Below the pieces are notes generated by a model that worked only from the letters and a program-made list of their open reading frames with translations, was not told where the DNA came from and did not search any database. From positions 101,308,001-101,372,000 of the forward strand of contig OZ024743.1 of assembly GCA_964016885.1 (NCBI GenBank): a DNA stretch of 64,000 bases. Reading direction: 5' to 3'. Below are positions 12,491 to 31,211 of the stretch, in pieces (position 1 is the stretch's first letter; each line of letters opens with the position of its first letter). The DNA comes from Eledone cirrhosa. Taxonomy: Eukaryota. The position numbers and the translations under genes were made by a program.

Positions 12491-13419
12491 CCGACCATCT
12501 ATAATGATAATGATAAAAAGCTACAGCCGCCACTCTCAATCAAATATGACTTGGTAGTATGTACCATGCCTTCACCAAGAGCTTTAGGTGTTTGTGCAGT
12601 AGTGAGCAGACACAGACACCCCTTTTGTGAACTGTTAATTCGTGATTGAGTATATTGATATTTCACTTGATATATATATATACAAAATATACGCTTTTCT
12701 TTTCCAATTGGGATTCCTCTCCGACTCCTCCTTTGGCTAAAGTTCCTCCCCTGAGATTTGAAATTCTTCCTCTGGGACCCAAATGCCTCCCGCTTGAGAA
12801 TCTCTGTTCTAGATATATTACGGATAGTAACTGGAGCAAGGTTACCAGCAAGTTGATCAGTCTCATTCGTTGATAGGCTGATAAAAACATCCATAATTGA
12901 AAGACCGGAGGTACGAATTATGATATTTCTCTGTGAAATATTATCGTCTAACCGTCGTGCCTTTTATTTCAAAGTGGCATCTGAGCAGATTGGAGTATCT
13001 ACCCTTTCACTTCTTGTGTAGAGAACATGTTTTGCTTATAAGAAGGTCCAAATGCTGTGCAGAGGGCTGGAGATGCCTTGGCTAGAGATATACAGGTATA
13101 TATTGACAATTCGGAAACATTCTACAAACATTCCGTTGTTGTCAGCCATGTCTGTCCAACGACCAACACGCGGAAAATATAGTGTGATGGACAAGAATTT
13201 CTTCTTCGGCCAGTTCCTCATTCAGGTTTTTAAATGACCATTTAAAATGAAAATTAATATTAAAGAGGGGACTATTGTACATTTTCAATGGCAATGTTCA
13301 TTGGCACTTGTAACAATTCGTTGTTTTTTTAATGAGGGATTTTCCCTAGAATCACCCTAGACGGTCGTCCCCTCCTATTGGGTAATGTTTCCATGTAGAC
13401 TTTTATATTCTAGTATTGC

Positions 13420-13601
13420 TGAATTGGCAGTATCGGTAGAGGGTTGAACGCCATGTTTTCTAGCATAGTTACGTCCCTTTACAGTCTGAGTTCAAATCCC
13501 GCCGAGGTTAACTTTGCCTTTCATCCTTACGGGGTCAATAAAATAAAGTACCAGTAATGTACTGGGTAATTGCTGGCCTTGTGCCTAAAGTAGAAACAAT
13601 T
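13420..13601 (+). mobile_element. tRNA-derived SINE copy (Deu/Nin-like core)
   Basis: TTGGCAGTATCGG (A box)...GAGTTCAAATCCC (B box)...GCCTTTCATCCTTACGGGGTC...AGTACCAGT...GTAGAAACAATT. Further copies at ~31384, 31620, 32578, 39755, 40950, 41525, 42823, 45121, 46691, 56131, 57901, 59406 and 60501. Confidence 0.85.
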
Positions 13602-14092
13602 ATATATTACCATTATTGTTACTGTTATATCTATTGTTTCCTTTTGTCAATTTATCCCTCCTTTAACTCGATATAAACATAGACCCCACGTTGTGTTGCT
13701 GTTCGTTCTGCCATTATCTCCAGCATCGTGGCCCCTTCTCACCAATAAAATATATCACTATTATTAATATTAATGATATTATTGTTCGTGATATTCTTTT
13801 CATTATCGTCCTTATACTATCCTCAGCGTCTTAGCTCCTGGGACCAATAAATGAAGCCCTCCTCCTCCCCCTCGTTGTCGTCGTCTTTGTTGTTGTTCTT
13901 GTTATTATTGTTGTTGTCGTCATCGTTATTTCCATGAACATGACTACCCGTCTTTTCAAAAATATCAAACGATAAACAAATCGTCAATAAATGAAATATC
14001 ATTTTGTGAATATTTATTTCTATACAGTTCTGTATTTGCTGCTAAAGAGAAGAAAAGGCATTAAATTATAACACATACTAACACATACTCAT

Positions 14093-14447
14093 ATGTATGT
14101 ATGTATGTTATCTCTTTCTCTTAATTTCGAGTATATTCTTTTGACTGGCCACCTTCCTGGTGGCAAGGTTGTAAAAGAAAAGAAATTGTCATCCCTTGAA
14201 TCGCAAGAATGTTTTGCAAATTTTGAAGGTGCCAGCTATGTATGTATGTATGTATGTATGTATGTATGTATGTATGTATGTATGTATGTATGTATGTATG
14301 TATGTATGTATGTATGTTATCTCTTTCTCTTAATTTTTAGTATATTTTTTTGACCAGCCACCTTCCTGGTGGCAAGGTTGTAAAAGAAAAGAAATTGTCA
14401 TCCTTTGAATCGTAAGAATGTTTTGCAAATTTTGAAGGTGCCAGCTA
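14093..14447 (+). repeat. ~130-bp tandem duplication with (TATG)n between the copies
   Basis: GTTATCTCTTTCTCTTAATTT...TTTTGAAGGTGCCAGCTAT occurs twice. Confidence 0.85.
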
Positions 14448-14529
14448 TCGCAGCCATTTGTAGACTATGAATTAGGGAGCTGCGCTCTTTGTCCGCAAAT
14501 GTATGTATGTATATATGTATGTATGTATT

Positions 14530-15140
14530 ATGTCAGGTCACCAGTTGGTGCTACTGGTAACATGTATCCCAGTACAACCTGTCTCATGGTCGGGTCTTTG
14601 GCGACTAAACTGGCAACCCCACCAAGGTTTCTTGGTGAGGAGGGTGACTTTGGACATCCTGCAGAACTAAAAACAAAACCTGTCAAAGGGCAAAGGAGCT
14701 CTTAAGAGTCAATGGCCATCCAAAATCACCGGGAGAGATGACCCCTTAGCCTTTGTCAAGGCAGAATTCTAAGAGAAGCAAAACTCTGATATAACACCTA
14801 CAACCCTGATGGTATCCAATGATGTTGACTTGTTCTTCTTTTTGGTAAATATCATCTTGGTTAAGAGAGTGGGACTGGCTTTCTGCAGTGCCTTTGCTCA
14901 CTATAATGCTTCATGGCACATGCATTGCTTTATATCTGGAGATCTCTCTGCAATTGTCGTCACATGGTACCATGGGCCCAGCACTATGTGTCAATAATTG
15001 TCACAAGTGTAGTGTTTCTACCAGAGTTTTCAAGTCGCTGGCTGGACTTAAAAGTCACACTCGTTCAGCGCATCGGTTGGGGTTCTCCTACATGAATATA
15101 AAGTAGTGGCCGTACTCGAAAACGAGTTGGCAGCCACCAT
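14530..15140 (+). mobile_element. Short RTE-type LINE derivative (5'-UTR-like part joined to the RTE 3' end)
   Basis: The 3' part encodes the RTE C-terminal zinc finger CHKCSVSTRVFKSLAGLKSHTRSAH, followed by the stem-loop GTGGCCGTACTCGAAAACGAGTTGGCAGCCAC and a microsatellite tail. Confidence 0.6.
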
Positions 15141-15639
15141 GTGTGTATGTATGCATGTATGTGTGTATGTATGTATGTGTGTGTTAGGTAATATAATGTA
15201 ATAAATCTTTCTTCATCTCTTCTTGCTTAGTTTTTCCTAATACTCTATTTATACTAATTTACTCTGTGAAATCTTTGTGGGAACTTGTACCTCACTCGAT
15301 GATTCAAGATCCGGGTACTACACTCGATGATTCAACATTCGGGTGTTACATAACAATACAGTCTTCTTCTATACACATCTTCCAGTCTAGTTCTTCCTGA
15401 TTTTTTCTTGGTACTATATTTAAATTTATTAAATACTTCGTGAACATCTCCTTGGCAATTGTACCATAACTATTTTACCTGGATACCTATGCCACGCAAC
15501 TCCAAGGAACACGCCGAGAAATATTTTTGGTAAGCAGCCTTCCATATTACGTTTGCGCATTCACCTCAACCATAACTGATTTGACCTCTACCATCAACAT
15601 TTATTTATATTCTCATGTATATATGTGTGTGTGTGTATG

Positions 15640-15718
<79 letters not shown>

Positions 15719-15989
15719 AAATAATAAGGTAATCATACAGGATTTAAGAAATGTCAGGGATGCCGCTACCACCGCCATCCTTTTTTACTCACGCACATAC
15801 ATAGACACAGACACAGACACAGACACACACACGCATTCGCACACACACACATTTACCATCCGTTTTCCAGCGTGACCGACATTTTACACGAAATAAACTG
15901 CAGCCTTTAATATGTGATGTTTGGTTAGCAATGAATACTGAAGCTCAAAGAGCCTCAGTCGAGAGAGACCATACAGGAAAGGAATGGCG

Positions 15990-16660
15990 TTGAAGCAGCT
16001 GGAGCAGCAACAATAACAGCAGCAATAACGCAACAGCAACAGCAGCAGCAGTAGTAGTAGCCAAAACAACAACAGCAGCAGCAGCAACAGCAGCAATAAC
16101 AAGATCAAGATGAACAACAACATAAGGAAGACATTTTCGGTGATAACAAGATGACGTTGACGACATTGTTGTTGATGATAATGATGATAATAACAGCGAC
16201 GAAATGGTGGTGGTGCCGGCGGTGGTGGTGGTGGTGGTGGTGGTGGTGGTGGTGGTGGTGGTGGTGGTGGTGGTGGTGGTGGTGGTGGCGGCGGCGGCGG
16301 GGGGAGGGTGGCGGCGGCGGTGGCGGTGGTGGTGCTGGTGCTGGTGCTGGTGGTGGTGGCGGTGGTGGCGGCGGTGGTGGTGGTGGTGGTGGTGGTGGTG
16401 GTGGTGGAGGCGGTGGCGGTGGTGGTGCTGGTGCTGGTGGTGGTGGTGGCGGTGGTGGTGGTGGTGGCGGCGGTGGCGGTGGCGGTGGTGGTGGTGGTGG
16501 TGCTGGTAGTGGCGGTGGTTGTGGTGGTGGTAGTAGTGGTGGTGGTAGTGGTGGTGGTGGTGGTGGTGGTTGTAGTGGTGGTGGTTGTGGTAGTTGTGGT
16601 GGCGGTGGTGGTGTAGAAGGCCGCAGTGATAATGATGATGATGATGACTATCACCATGGT
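15990..16660. repeat. Compound trinucleotide repeats (CAG/CAA, GGT/GGC, GAT)
   Basis: Directly visible low-complexity tract. Confidence 0.95.
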
Positions 16661-16937
16661 AATAATGACAGGAGTATTAAATTAACAGAAAACAACATCA
16701 ACAAAAGCAAAGCAATAACTTTCAATATAACAACAAAAATACAAAACAACGACAAAAACAACACCAATAAGAAAACGAAACAAAAATAACAACAAATAAA
16801 CACGAAAAAACAATAAAGATAGAAAAAAATCCATCAATATAATAGAAAAACAAAAGAAAACACGAGAAAAAGTAAAACAGATAACATAAGTAAAAATATA
16901 AGCAATCTTTATATATATATATATATATATATATGTG

Positions 16938-17022
<85 letters not shown>

Positions 17023-17113
17023 TGTGTATGTATGTGTATATATGTATGCCTCTCCTTATATATGTGTACATATATTCTTATATACCACACACATACGTAT
17101 ATATATACACAAT

Positions 17114-17149
<36 letters not shown>

Positions 17150-17549
17150 CATATGTATATATAAAGATTATATGTACGCATGTACACATATATAAGGAGA
17201 GGCATACATACACACATACACACACACATACATACATATATGTTTCCAATATGGCATCATCAGTTCTGATCGCTAACATGAGAAGGAATATAATATTAAG
17301 TTAATGGTAAATAACTTATGGATAGCTAGATATATTTATATATTATTTTCCCTCTCCAAACGGTTAGAAGTGCACTACAAAGAAAGGCTAAATACACATT
17401 TAGATGAATAATAGATAAATGACAGAACGAAAAAATACCCAGTTTACATTTACTAAAACGAGGTCGAGGCTTACGAATCTTAATGGTTTTCAACAACTTC
17501 GTTATTTTCATACGCTAACGATACGATACATAGTTTTTGAGTGTTGCTT

Positions 17550-17581
<32 letters not shown>

Positions 17582-17585
17582 TATA

Positions 17586-17658
<73 letters not shown>

Positions 17659-17662
17659 TATA

Positions 17663-17779
<117 letters not shown>

Positions 17780-18651
17780 GTGGGTATAGTTTCTTGCTGT
17801 ATGTTGCCTTGCAGGAGTAGGAACACTCGATAAATAACGACTCTTTCGTTATCTTGTGTAGTGCCGAGGTTGAAATTTTCTAATGGGGTTCTACATAGTA
17901 ATGTGTGTGTCGGTTAATGGAGCCCAACTCCGTTTTATCCTGCCACGAAAATCTTTTTTAATTCTTCGTATATAACGGATTAATTTTGATTTGAAGGTGA
18001 TCCTTTCTTGTACACTGGATGGAAATCTTTTATTGAAACTCCAAGGCCTAAATAACGTTCAGAGCAAGTAGGCACGCATTTTATGGTCATGGATTCTTTT
18101 TTCTATTCTGATATGCGTTTGGAAAAAATATTAAACAAAAATTTAGTTAATAAAAATGATAGGAAATGTTTCTCGACATGAGTGGTCAGTTTGTTTTCTT
18201 ATATTTTGGAGCTATTAAGTACTCTATCCGCCAAATAATTGAGTTTCAAGGACAAGGTTTCGGGAATGAGACACAACAGGGATAACGAAAGTAAAACGGT
18301 AAGGAAATTAGGATAGACATAGATAAACATGAAGATATACAGTTGGCTTGTTCAGTGAGAAGGTTGTAGTGGCTGTTTCTGTGTAACAGCTGATCCATCT
18401 TAGACATAGCTCAGGTAGATAGAGCGCATTAGCCTTGGTTGGCACTCTGTCTAGGAGGAGGACCACTCTGATTTCAAAACTGGAGTAGCTGAGACTCCTT
18501 AGTCACTTTGGTGACAACCTTAGAAGAGGCCAACGGCTTCATCCTTATGAAGATATTCTGAAGATCCCGTTAAGGGTGAAAGCAGCGATTCTTTGCTTAA
18601 ACTTTATTCTGTTCTTATAATATATATTTGCTCTACGGGTTTATATATATA

Positions 18652-19517
18652 CTAGCATTAAAGCCCGGCGTTGCTCGGGGTCAGTAAGTTACCAAAGTTA
18701 GGTTGCACCACCCATTTTATGGCAGCACTTTTTTGTCTGCCAGGCACTGGGTGAATGAATTGCAGACCTGGACTGCCGAAGCAGGAGCTGCGCCAGCAGT
18801 GACAATTGTAGTTTCGCCTATGGATATTATCTCTGTGCAAAGAAGTGTTGAAATTTATTGTTTCACAGTACTTGCGTAACACGCGCGTAGACGATGCCAG
18901 CCGAACAACAGAGCTGCGATGGAGTTGTTCTGCATGGTTGTCTGATGTGTGTTTTCTAAATCTAAGACAATAGGAAGGGGTGTGATATGGGGGAGAGTTA
19001 GCTGTTGTTTCTAGCAGGTTTATTGACCTCATAGAGGATATGTTTTCTAAATTTAAGACAGTAGGGAGTGGTGTGATATGGGGGAGAGTTAGCTGCTGTT
19101 TCTAGCAGGTTTAGTGACCTCATAGAGGATATTATTGTGTATAGTAAATGAACTGATACTTCTTTCTTCCACGTTCGTTGATAGATGTTTTAAAAAATAT
19201 TTATCGCTATTTTTTTTGTTGTTGAATAAATTTATCTGTTGCTTTTGAATAATTGTTGTTTCGTATGAAATGTAATAAGTTCTCTCTGTCATTGAAGTAA
19301 ATAAATGTTTGATCGTTCCACACTCAAAAACAAACGTTCTCTCTCTCTCTCCCTTTCACTCTCGTTGTTGACCTAAGTTACACCATTTACAACATTTTTA
19401 CAGACTTTGAGTCGAATCGGTTTGAAATTGTGCAAATGTATAAACATGGAACATGCACACACACACACATACACACAACAACAACAACAACAACAATCTG
19501 CCTTTTATAGATAATGA
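18652..19517 (-). mobile_element. Non-autonomous Helitron
   Basis: Minus-strand 3' end CCCGAGCAACGCCGGG hairpin + CTTTAATG-CTAG|T at 18652. 5' end TCATTATCTATAAAAGGCAG...(GT)n at ~19517. Inserted in (TA)n. Confidence 0.75.
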
Positions 19518-19585
19518 TATATATATATAATCCTTATCGAGCCCTCTTCGGATTTTAGTCTTCACATTTACTATTACTATATATA

Positions 19586-19790
19586 CAGTGGCGGACTGAC
19601 CAGGTTTCCAGGTTGCCCAATGGCAAGTGGGCCCCAGGGGGCCCATGGTAGCATAGCAAGAACCCACAGTAGCATTGCAGGGCCCACTGTAGTATTTTAG
19701 GGACCAATGGTTTGCTTTCAAAAAATACCTGAAAGAATAAAAGAATAAAATTTAAAAAAGAATAAAATAAATAAATAAATAAATAAAACA
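19586..19790 (+). mobile_element. Left part of a hAT-like non-autonomous DNA element; second copy at 24926-25100
   Basis: Starts CAGTGGCGGA with GGGCCC subterminal motifs; ~170 bp recur just upstream of the second Tx1 element. Confidence 0.6.
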
Positions 19791-19953
19791 ATTAAGCAAA
19801 GCATTTGGTCAGCCAATTCCCCGGGGAATTAATAGAAACCAAAATATACGATAGGCAAATAGCTGGAATCAGTGGTTGTACATGCTACTAAATCTAAAGC
19901 TTAGTGTATTCATTGATATACGCAAACATACATATATAGACACAGACACACAA

Positions 19954-20020
<67 letters not shown>

Positions 20021-20269
20021 TATATATAAACGGAAAAATGAAACGAAATTTCATTTCTCACTCTTAGTACGGCTGTTACTTAAATATAAGTATGTATACG
20101 TACATACATATATGTATACAGACGTACAGTAGTATGTATATATATATACATACATGCACACATATATATATATGTACGTATGGATTCACCGAACATTTAT
20201 TATAATGCTCGGTGTGTTTGTAAACAAACATCCCGAATTAAGCCGTACAGTGTCTAACAACCATCTATA

Positions 20270-24926
<4,657 letters not shown>

Positions 24927-25098
24927 TTTCCAGGTTGCCCCATGGCAAGTGGGCCCCAGGGCGCCCATGGTAGCATTGCAAGAACCCACAGTAGCATTTC
25001 AGGGCCCACTGTAGTATTTTACGGGCCAATGCTTTGCTTTCAAAAAATACCTGAAGTCTAAGAGAAAGAATAAAATAAAAAAAAATAAATAAAACAAT

Positions 25099-25257
25099 TA
25101 CACGAAACTCTCTTCCAAGCCCCCTCTCTATATCAATTTACACCAAACTCCCCCCCTCTCTATATCTACTATACGAAACTCTCTTCCAACCCCCCTCTCT
25201 ATATCAATTTACACCAAACTCTCCCCATCTCTATATCTACTACACGGCACTCTCTTC
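25099..25257 (+). repeat. ~35-bp tandem array (TACACGAAACTCTCTTCCAACCCCCCTCTCTATATC), resuming at 30962-31070
   Basis: The same units lie on both sides of the second Tx1 element and, inverted and uninterrupted, at 41720-41826. Confidence 0.85.
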
Positions 25258-28200
25258 CATTCGATAGACGTGCATTACTTCGCTCCGGATTTTTACGGAT
25301 TATTGTTAAAAAAACTGTGAGTTCATTGTTCAATTTGTTAGCATTGTTTAGTTTAACCCCTTTCCTGGGCCTTCAGACGTTGAGTCAACTAATTTTCGCC
25401 CCTTTCTGGGGCGAAATTTTCATCTCAAAACTGTGTAGACTTGGTAGTCAATAATAGATGCCATTTCAACCTCGCACACTGTAGCGAGTGCCACGTCCAC
25501 TAAGAAAAGTGGTGGAGGGAAGGTAGGAGTACTAAGCTTGCAGCCTTCCTCCCTCACCTTATCGAAAAACGTTGAAAATATTGAAACCACGGAACCAAAC
25601 CCGGTTAATAATACCAGCACCAACAACAAGAACAATGACAATAACACCACAACCAACAACTGCAACAATAACAACACCAAGGAAAACATGAACAATTCCA
25701 ACAATAGTGACAGCAACAACAGCAACAAAAAAGACAACACCACCAAAACAACGTTCGCACAAACTGTAAAAAAAAACGAACTATACACGCCAATTAACAT
25801 AACTAATGCAAAACAACTACTACAAGACGCAAAACAATACGTGACTTTTGGCGAAAACGGTGCTTTTAACATCAATTGTCCACAGGTATTACGTAGAGAG
25901 GCTGTCCTGAAAACTGGTTTTCAGGACAATATCTAACGAAACCAGAAAACCAGCTCAATTATCACAAAATGAAATTGAGCTGGTTCTAAAAGATGCAATG
26001 AAGGACATAACCTTCATCCAAAAAGAAAACTGTTTGGTAGCATTTCGGTGCTAATGAATAACCAGCCAAGAGCACAAAAATACTCTGTATCACCCATTGT
26101 GTCCCCCTGTTTCACCCTTTTCCCCACATACAGAGGAAAAAGGACACAACAAATAAAAATTATGAGTATCACACCAAATGTAAATATTTGGTGGATACTA
26201 TGTGGATTCATTGATTTTGATGAAGACAGGATAATCTCAGTAGGAAAGTCCTCCGGAGGTGTATTTGGTTGGACTAGCGTAGAAGTTCTGGTGCAAATGA
26301 GCCCAGAACGAATAGCGAATATCCCACAACGCAGGCCTCTGGACGGGCTAACATATATACACATTTCAGTGGAGGGTAGGCAGCCGTCATATTACCACTG
26401 CTTAAGCAGGGGTCACCTGAGGCTGCCTGTCCTCAATTAACGAGTAAAAAAAGGGCTCTTCTGCCAACCCCGAATACAACAGCACAACCACCACAACAAC
26501 AACAACAACCACAACAACACGGAAAAATAACAACACAAGACACTGTCCCACCCAACCACTCCCCACCTAAAACAATACAAAAGCAACCACAACAAAACCC
26601 CAAAATATACCCCTCCCCAACAACACGGAAGAGGACTCCATATCAACGTCACCCAGTGACGACGAGGGAGACCCCTTCCAACAAGTGAAAAGGAAAAAAA
26701 AGGCACCACATTAACAAAAATGCAACAAACACACAACCACCAGCACAAACAGAACAAACATCAAAAACAAAAAACCCACCCCTCCCGAAAACATAACACA
26801 TACTACAAAACGCAAACACGCACAACATCAACAAACAAAAACAAACACAACACAACAAAAACACTATACATACATTAACAAGAACAATAAAACTTTGATG
26901 AAAGCATTAGACAATAACCCTTCGGTGGAAACCGAAGGGATTACTTTCACCTACGCAGCGGACAAACCGCACCTAATGATGATTAGGGTCCCAACGGAAA
27001 CCTATGTAACTCTGAAAAAGAACTATCCAATGGATGTGGGGCCCACCTGCACCAAACACTTAACCGCGTCCTATTGAGTTGTGCCCCACCCCCACACCAC
27101 ACACCCACACCCCACCAAACACCCTAACCCCACCACACACTGATGTCCTCAGCCCACCACAAACCACCACCCCACCAAACAACCCTTCCAACACCCCATG
27201 GAAATTGTGCAGCCTGGTCCCCAGGAGACGAAGAGGTAAGTAATTTCCTTTCCTCTTCCTTTTAACTCTTCAACACCAACATGGCCAGTATAAGAGTTGG
27301 ATGTGTGAATGCACGCGACCTGGGTATGTCCTGGAAACAGGGCAAACTCTTAAATGACCTCAGGTCACACAGAGTGGATGTAATGGCTATTTGCGAGTCC
27401 AGGATCAGCAGCGAGCGCCAACTGGCTCCCATCTTCGACGACTTTGAAATCTACGCATCTCTCTGTCAGCCGAGAGGTGGGGGTGAGGTTGTCGTTCTGC
27501 TGCGAAAACACCTGGGTCTTGCCACACAGAAGGTACACCTGGACCCGGAGGGTCGACTGGTGGTTCTAGACATCGGCAGTAGTGAAAATGGAGCCTTCAG
27601 GCTGGTGGCAGCGTATGCCCCATCTGGGACACCGCGACCGGACTTCTTCAGACGCCTGCAGACTTTTCTGGGAACGTCTCGCTCCTTGCTTTTAGTGGGG
27701 AACTGGAATGGTATCCTAGATGCACGTTGGGACTATGTAGGGGCATGTCCCGATAGAGGGGGGTGTAACAGCCTCAAACGATTAATCGGCCAATTTGATC
27801 TGGCCGATAGATATCGACTAGATTTTTCAATTGTGCCACTGTGGACGTGGACTAATCTTAGCGGATCATCTAGGTCGTACCTAGATAGGTTCCTAGTTAG
27901 AAATAAGGATAGGGACATATTAAGCTGTCCACGAATGTTCATGGTTGACTATTCGGATCACAAGTTGGTGACCGGAGTGGTCAACCTTGATAAAACCCAT
28001 AGATAAGGACCCGGTTACTGGAAGCTAAACTTGTCCTTACCGACAAACAAAGCTTACAGTAAGCGGATTAGCACTCTAGTTAAGCAGCGGTTGACGGGGG
28101 AAATTGTCAACAGAAGGTGGTGGGGCTCTCTCAAGAGAGAAATTAGAATAGAATCGATAGGTTTTAGTCAGGAATTAGCATCAGATAGGAATAGAACTGA

Positions 28201-30960
28201 AAGGGAATTAATAGATAGAGTAGAAGAGGCGATTAGGAGGGGTAACGTGGCCGGCGTGCTGGCATCAAGAACGGCCCTAGACCAGTTCTTTGACGCGAAG
28301 CACGAGGGCTGCGTTGTCAGGCGTAAAATACGTGCTCTGAGTAACGAGGGAGCCAAAGCTGTTAGCTGGCCCGAGTAACAGAGGGAAAAGGTGGAAACAA
28401 GTCCACGATTCGGTCTTTGACGGACCAGGATGGACGCGTGATCCTTGAACCTGAGCGGATGAGCGCGGCCTTTCAACGGCGCTTTGCACGACTGTTCCGG
28501 AGGGGCGGCGGGCCGGGTGAGGCCATGGATTTCGGTCCATACCTCGACGGTCTGGCGCGGCTCTCGGGCGGGGAGGCGAAGTCCTGCGAAAGGCCGATTT
28601 CAGCCGCTGAAATAGGGGAAACGCTGAGCCAATGCGGCAAACACAAATCTCCGGGCCTCCATGGTCTACCATACGAACTTTATGTAGCGATGCCGGACTT
28701 GTTCTCCGGTCTCCTCGAGGCGGTCTACTGCAACTGGCAACAGAACGGGAGAATTCCCAGTTCTGTGACCAAGGACGTAGTCACGCTGGTGAGGAAGGAC
28801 GAGAACAAGGGGGATGACATAGATAACTTCAGGCCCATAACTCTGCTAAACACAGAGTTAAAGATTTTGGCCAAGGTGTTAGCGAAGAGGTTGGCGCTTG
28901 TCGTCGGGAACCTGGTGGGAGAAGCGCAGACATGCGCAATCCCGTCCAGGTCCATACACGACAACCTCCACCTCATGCGATACATCGTAGAGAAGGTAGG
29001 GAACGAACCCGGCTTTGGTGGGGCCCTGATCAACTTGGATCAATCTAAGGCGTTCGATAGGGTCGACCATCGGTACCTGGATGCGGTGCTCGCGGCGGCA
29101 GGCTTCGGACCCGTTTTCAGGGGCTGGACTGCTGTAATGCACAGCAACAACACCTGCTCGAGGGTCAAGGTGAACGGCTACCTCTCGGAGCCGTTCCAAA
29201 TCCCGCGATCCATCCGACAGGGATGCCCTCTCTCCTTCCTTCTGTATGTGCTGGCTCTCGAGCCACTACTGCGGAAGCTGGAGCTGTTGCAGGGCATCCC
29301 CTTGGAACGGGATTGCGGAAAGCGGTGTCGGCCTACGCCGATGACGTGACAGTAATGGTGTCGTGCGCCTCGGAAATCGGGCAGATCGGCACCTTACTGA
29401 AGGAATACGAAAGGTTTACAGGAGCAAAGCTGAACCGGGACAATCCGTCGGTTTGCAACTCGGAAGGTGGAGGGGCAAACCGATGCCCTCCGACGGCATG
29501 TCGGACGCTGGACAGAGGGACGGGTGAAGCTGCTCGGGGTCTGGTTCGGACCGGTCCTCCAGGTGGAGAAAAACTGGGACGAGGTAACGGGCAGGGTGTT
29601 TGCACCCGCCCAGAAGTGGGCCGAGTGCAAACTATCCCTGAAAGGTCGAGCGGAGGTGACGAACGCTTATATAGCATCCGTCATCTACTACCGCTTGACC
29701 GTCGTGTCTTGCCCAGAGAAAACACTCGCCAAAATGGAGCGCGCGCTCTTCCGATTCCTTTGGAAGAAGCGGGCTCCTTTGGTGAGAAGATCCATCTGCT
29801 GTCAACACCCTTCGAACGGAGGGTTGGGGATGCTGTGGCTGACGATGCGTAGACACGCATTAAGGCTACGGCACCTCTACGTATTCCTCACCGGTCAGCC
29901 GGTGTGGGCCCTGTTTGTGAGGCGAGCCTTTCCGAGACTCGTCTCACTCACCGAGCTGCAATCCTGGGTCAAGCAAAGACCGAAAAAAGTGGGTAACTGG
30001 CACATTGAATGTGCCCAGGCGCTCACGGCCCTCTGGCAAGCGGATCCGGCAATCAGTGGAAACTCAACCTCAACATTCTATAGAGGGTTGGTGCGCAGTA
30101 AGTGCGACGACGCTCTCGGAGAGGCTCTGGGCATGGAGGAAGATGAGCTGGCCAGTCTGTTCGGTAGGACGTTTGGCCCGGGACCGATGGACAACTTCCA
30201 AAAGTCCCTGGCTTGGCAATGCTACCGAGGAGCTCTACCCGTTCGGGACAAGCTCTACAGAAACGGGCGCCCGGGTAGGGAACCCCTCGAAGAAGATCTG
30301 TCCGAGATGCGTGCGTGACGAGGAAACCATCGCACACGCATTTGTACACTGCCCGGGCGTTTCAGACCTGTGGGGCTATGTGCAACGACTACTGTCTCCG
30401 GTGGGACCAATCCGGTTGACCACCGAGTACATTGTCAAGATCAAACCGCCTCCCCCTTTCAAAAACGAAGGAGAGGTGGTTTTCCTGTGTGATAGCTATG
30501 GCGAAAGAGGTTGTATGGTGGACGAGGTTGAAAGGGCTGAGGTCAGATACCTTTCTCTCCGGCCAACAACTGGTCCTTTTTTCAAGTACCACTTTAGAAG
30601 AAGGATCAGAATGGAGAGAGAGGTGCTCTACCCCAGCAAGTTTTATGAAAGGTGGGTGAAAGTGGCGAGAATGGCCCGAATGAATGGGCCTTCTCTCTAT
30701 ATCAGCCTGTAGGTGAGAGAGAAGAAAGAGGAGAGGAAGGGAGCACCCGCTCTTTGTGCTCCTGAAGAGGAGGGTTGCACATTTTTTCGGGAGGGGGGGG
30801 GGTGCGACCCACGTCAACGCCCCTCCCTATTGAGGACATCGATTGTTAAATTTAATTTGTTATGTTTCTTACACGTCTTTTAAATGTATGTAAACTCCCC
30901 CCTTTGTATTTGTCCCAATCTTTGTTGCCCTGGTGGCAAATAAATAGAAATTTATATCTA
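25258..30960 (+). mobile_element. Full-length but decayed Tx1-clade LINE
   Basis: 5' end CATTCGATAGACGTG. ORF1 (~25450-27239) has an Asn/Thr-rich region and a degenerate zinc knuckle GRQPSYYHCLSRGH. ORF2 (27281-30712) is broken by stops and frameshifts but collinear with 21084-24521. Confidence 0.92.
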
Positions 30961-30961
30961 A

Positions 30962-31211
30962 TACACGAAACTCTCTTCCAACCCCCCTCTCTATATCTAC
31001 TACACGAAACTCTCTTCCAATCCCCCTCTCTATATCAATTACCACTAAACTCTCCCCCTCTCTATATCTATTTCTCCCTTCTGTCTCTACATAAAAAGTA
31101 CATAAACTGTAGCGTATATACAAATAGATGTGTTTTGGTAGTTTGGGGAGAACAATATAATTATTGGGAGGGGGGGGGGGCCCTCCTGGTCCCCCAGTTC
31201 CACCACCCCTG
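30962..31211 (+). mobile_element. Right part of the repeat hosting the Tx1 insertion, ending in a hAT-like terminus
   Basis: Tandem units, then a unique segment ending GGTCCCCCAGTTCCACCACCCCTG (reverse complement CAGGGGTGG). A homologous inverted copy lies at 41625-41826. Confidence 0.6.

Noticed and set aside
13420-13520. tRNA-like A and B boxes
   Set aside because: Head of a SINE; no cloverleaf, and it continues into the SINE core.
17235-17280. Minus-strand CTGATGA...GAAAC hammerhead-like motif
   Set aside because: Stem II and stem I do not pair adequately; at most a decayed remnant.
17780-17900. Minus-strand GIY-YIG-like remnant (VVIYRV...SCKATY)
   Set aside because: Too degenerate and frameshifted to call with confidence.
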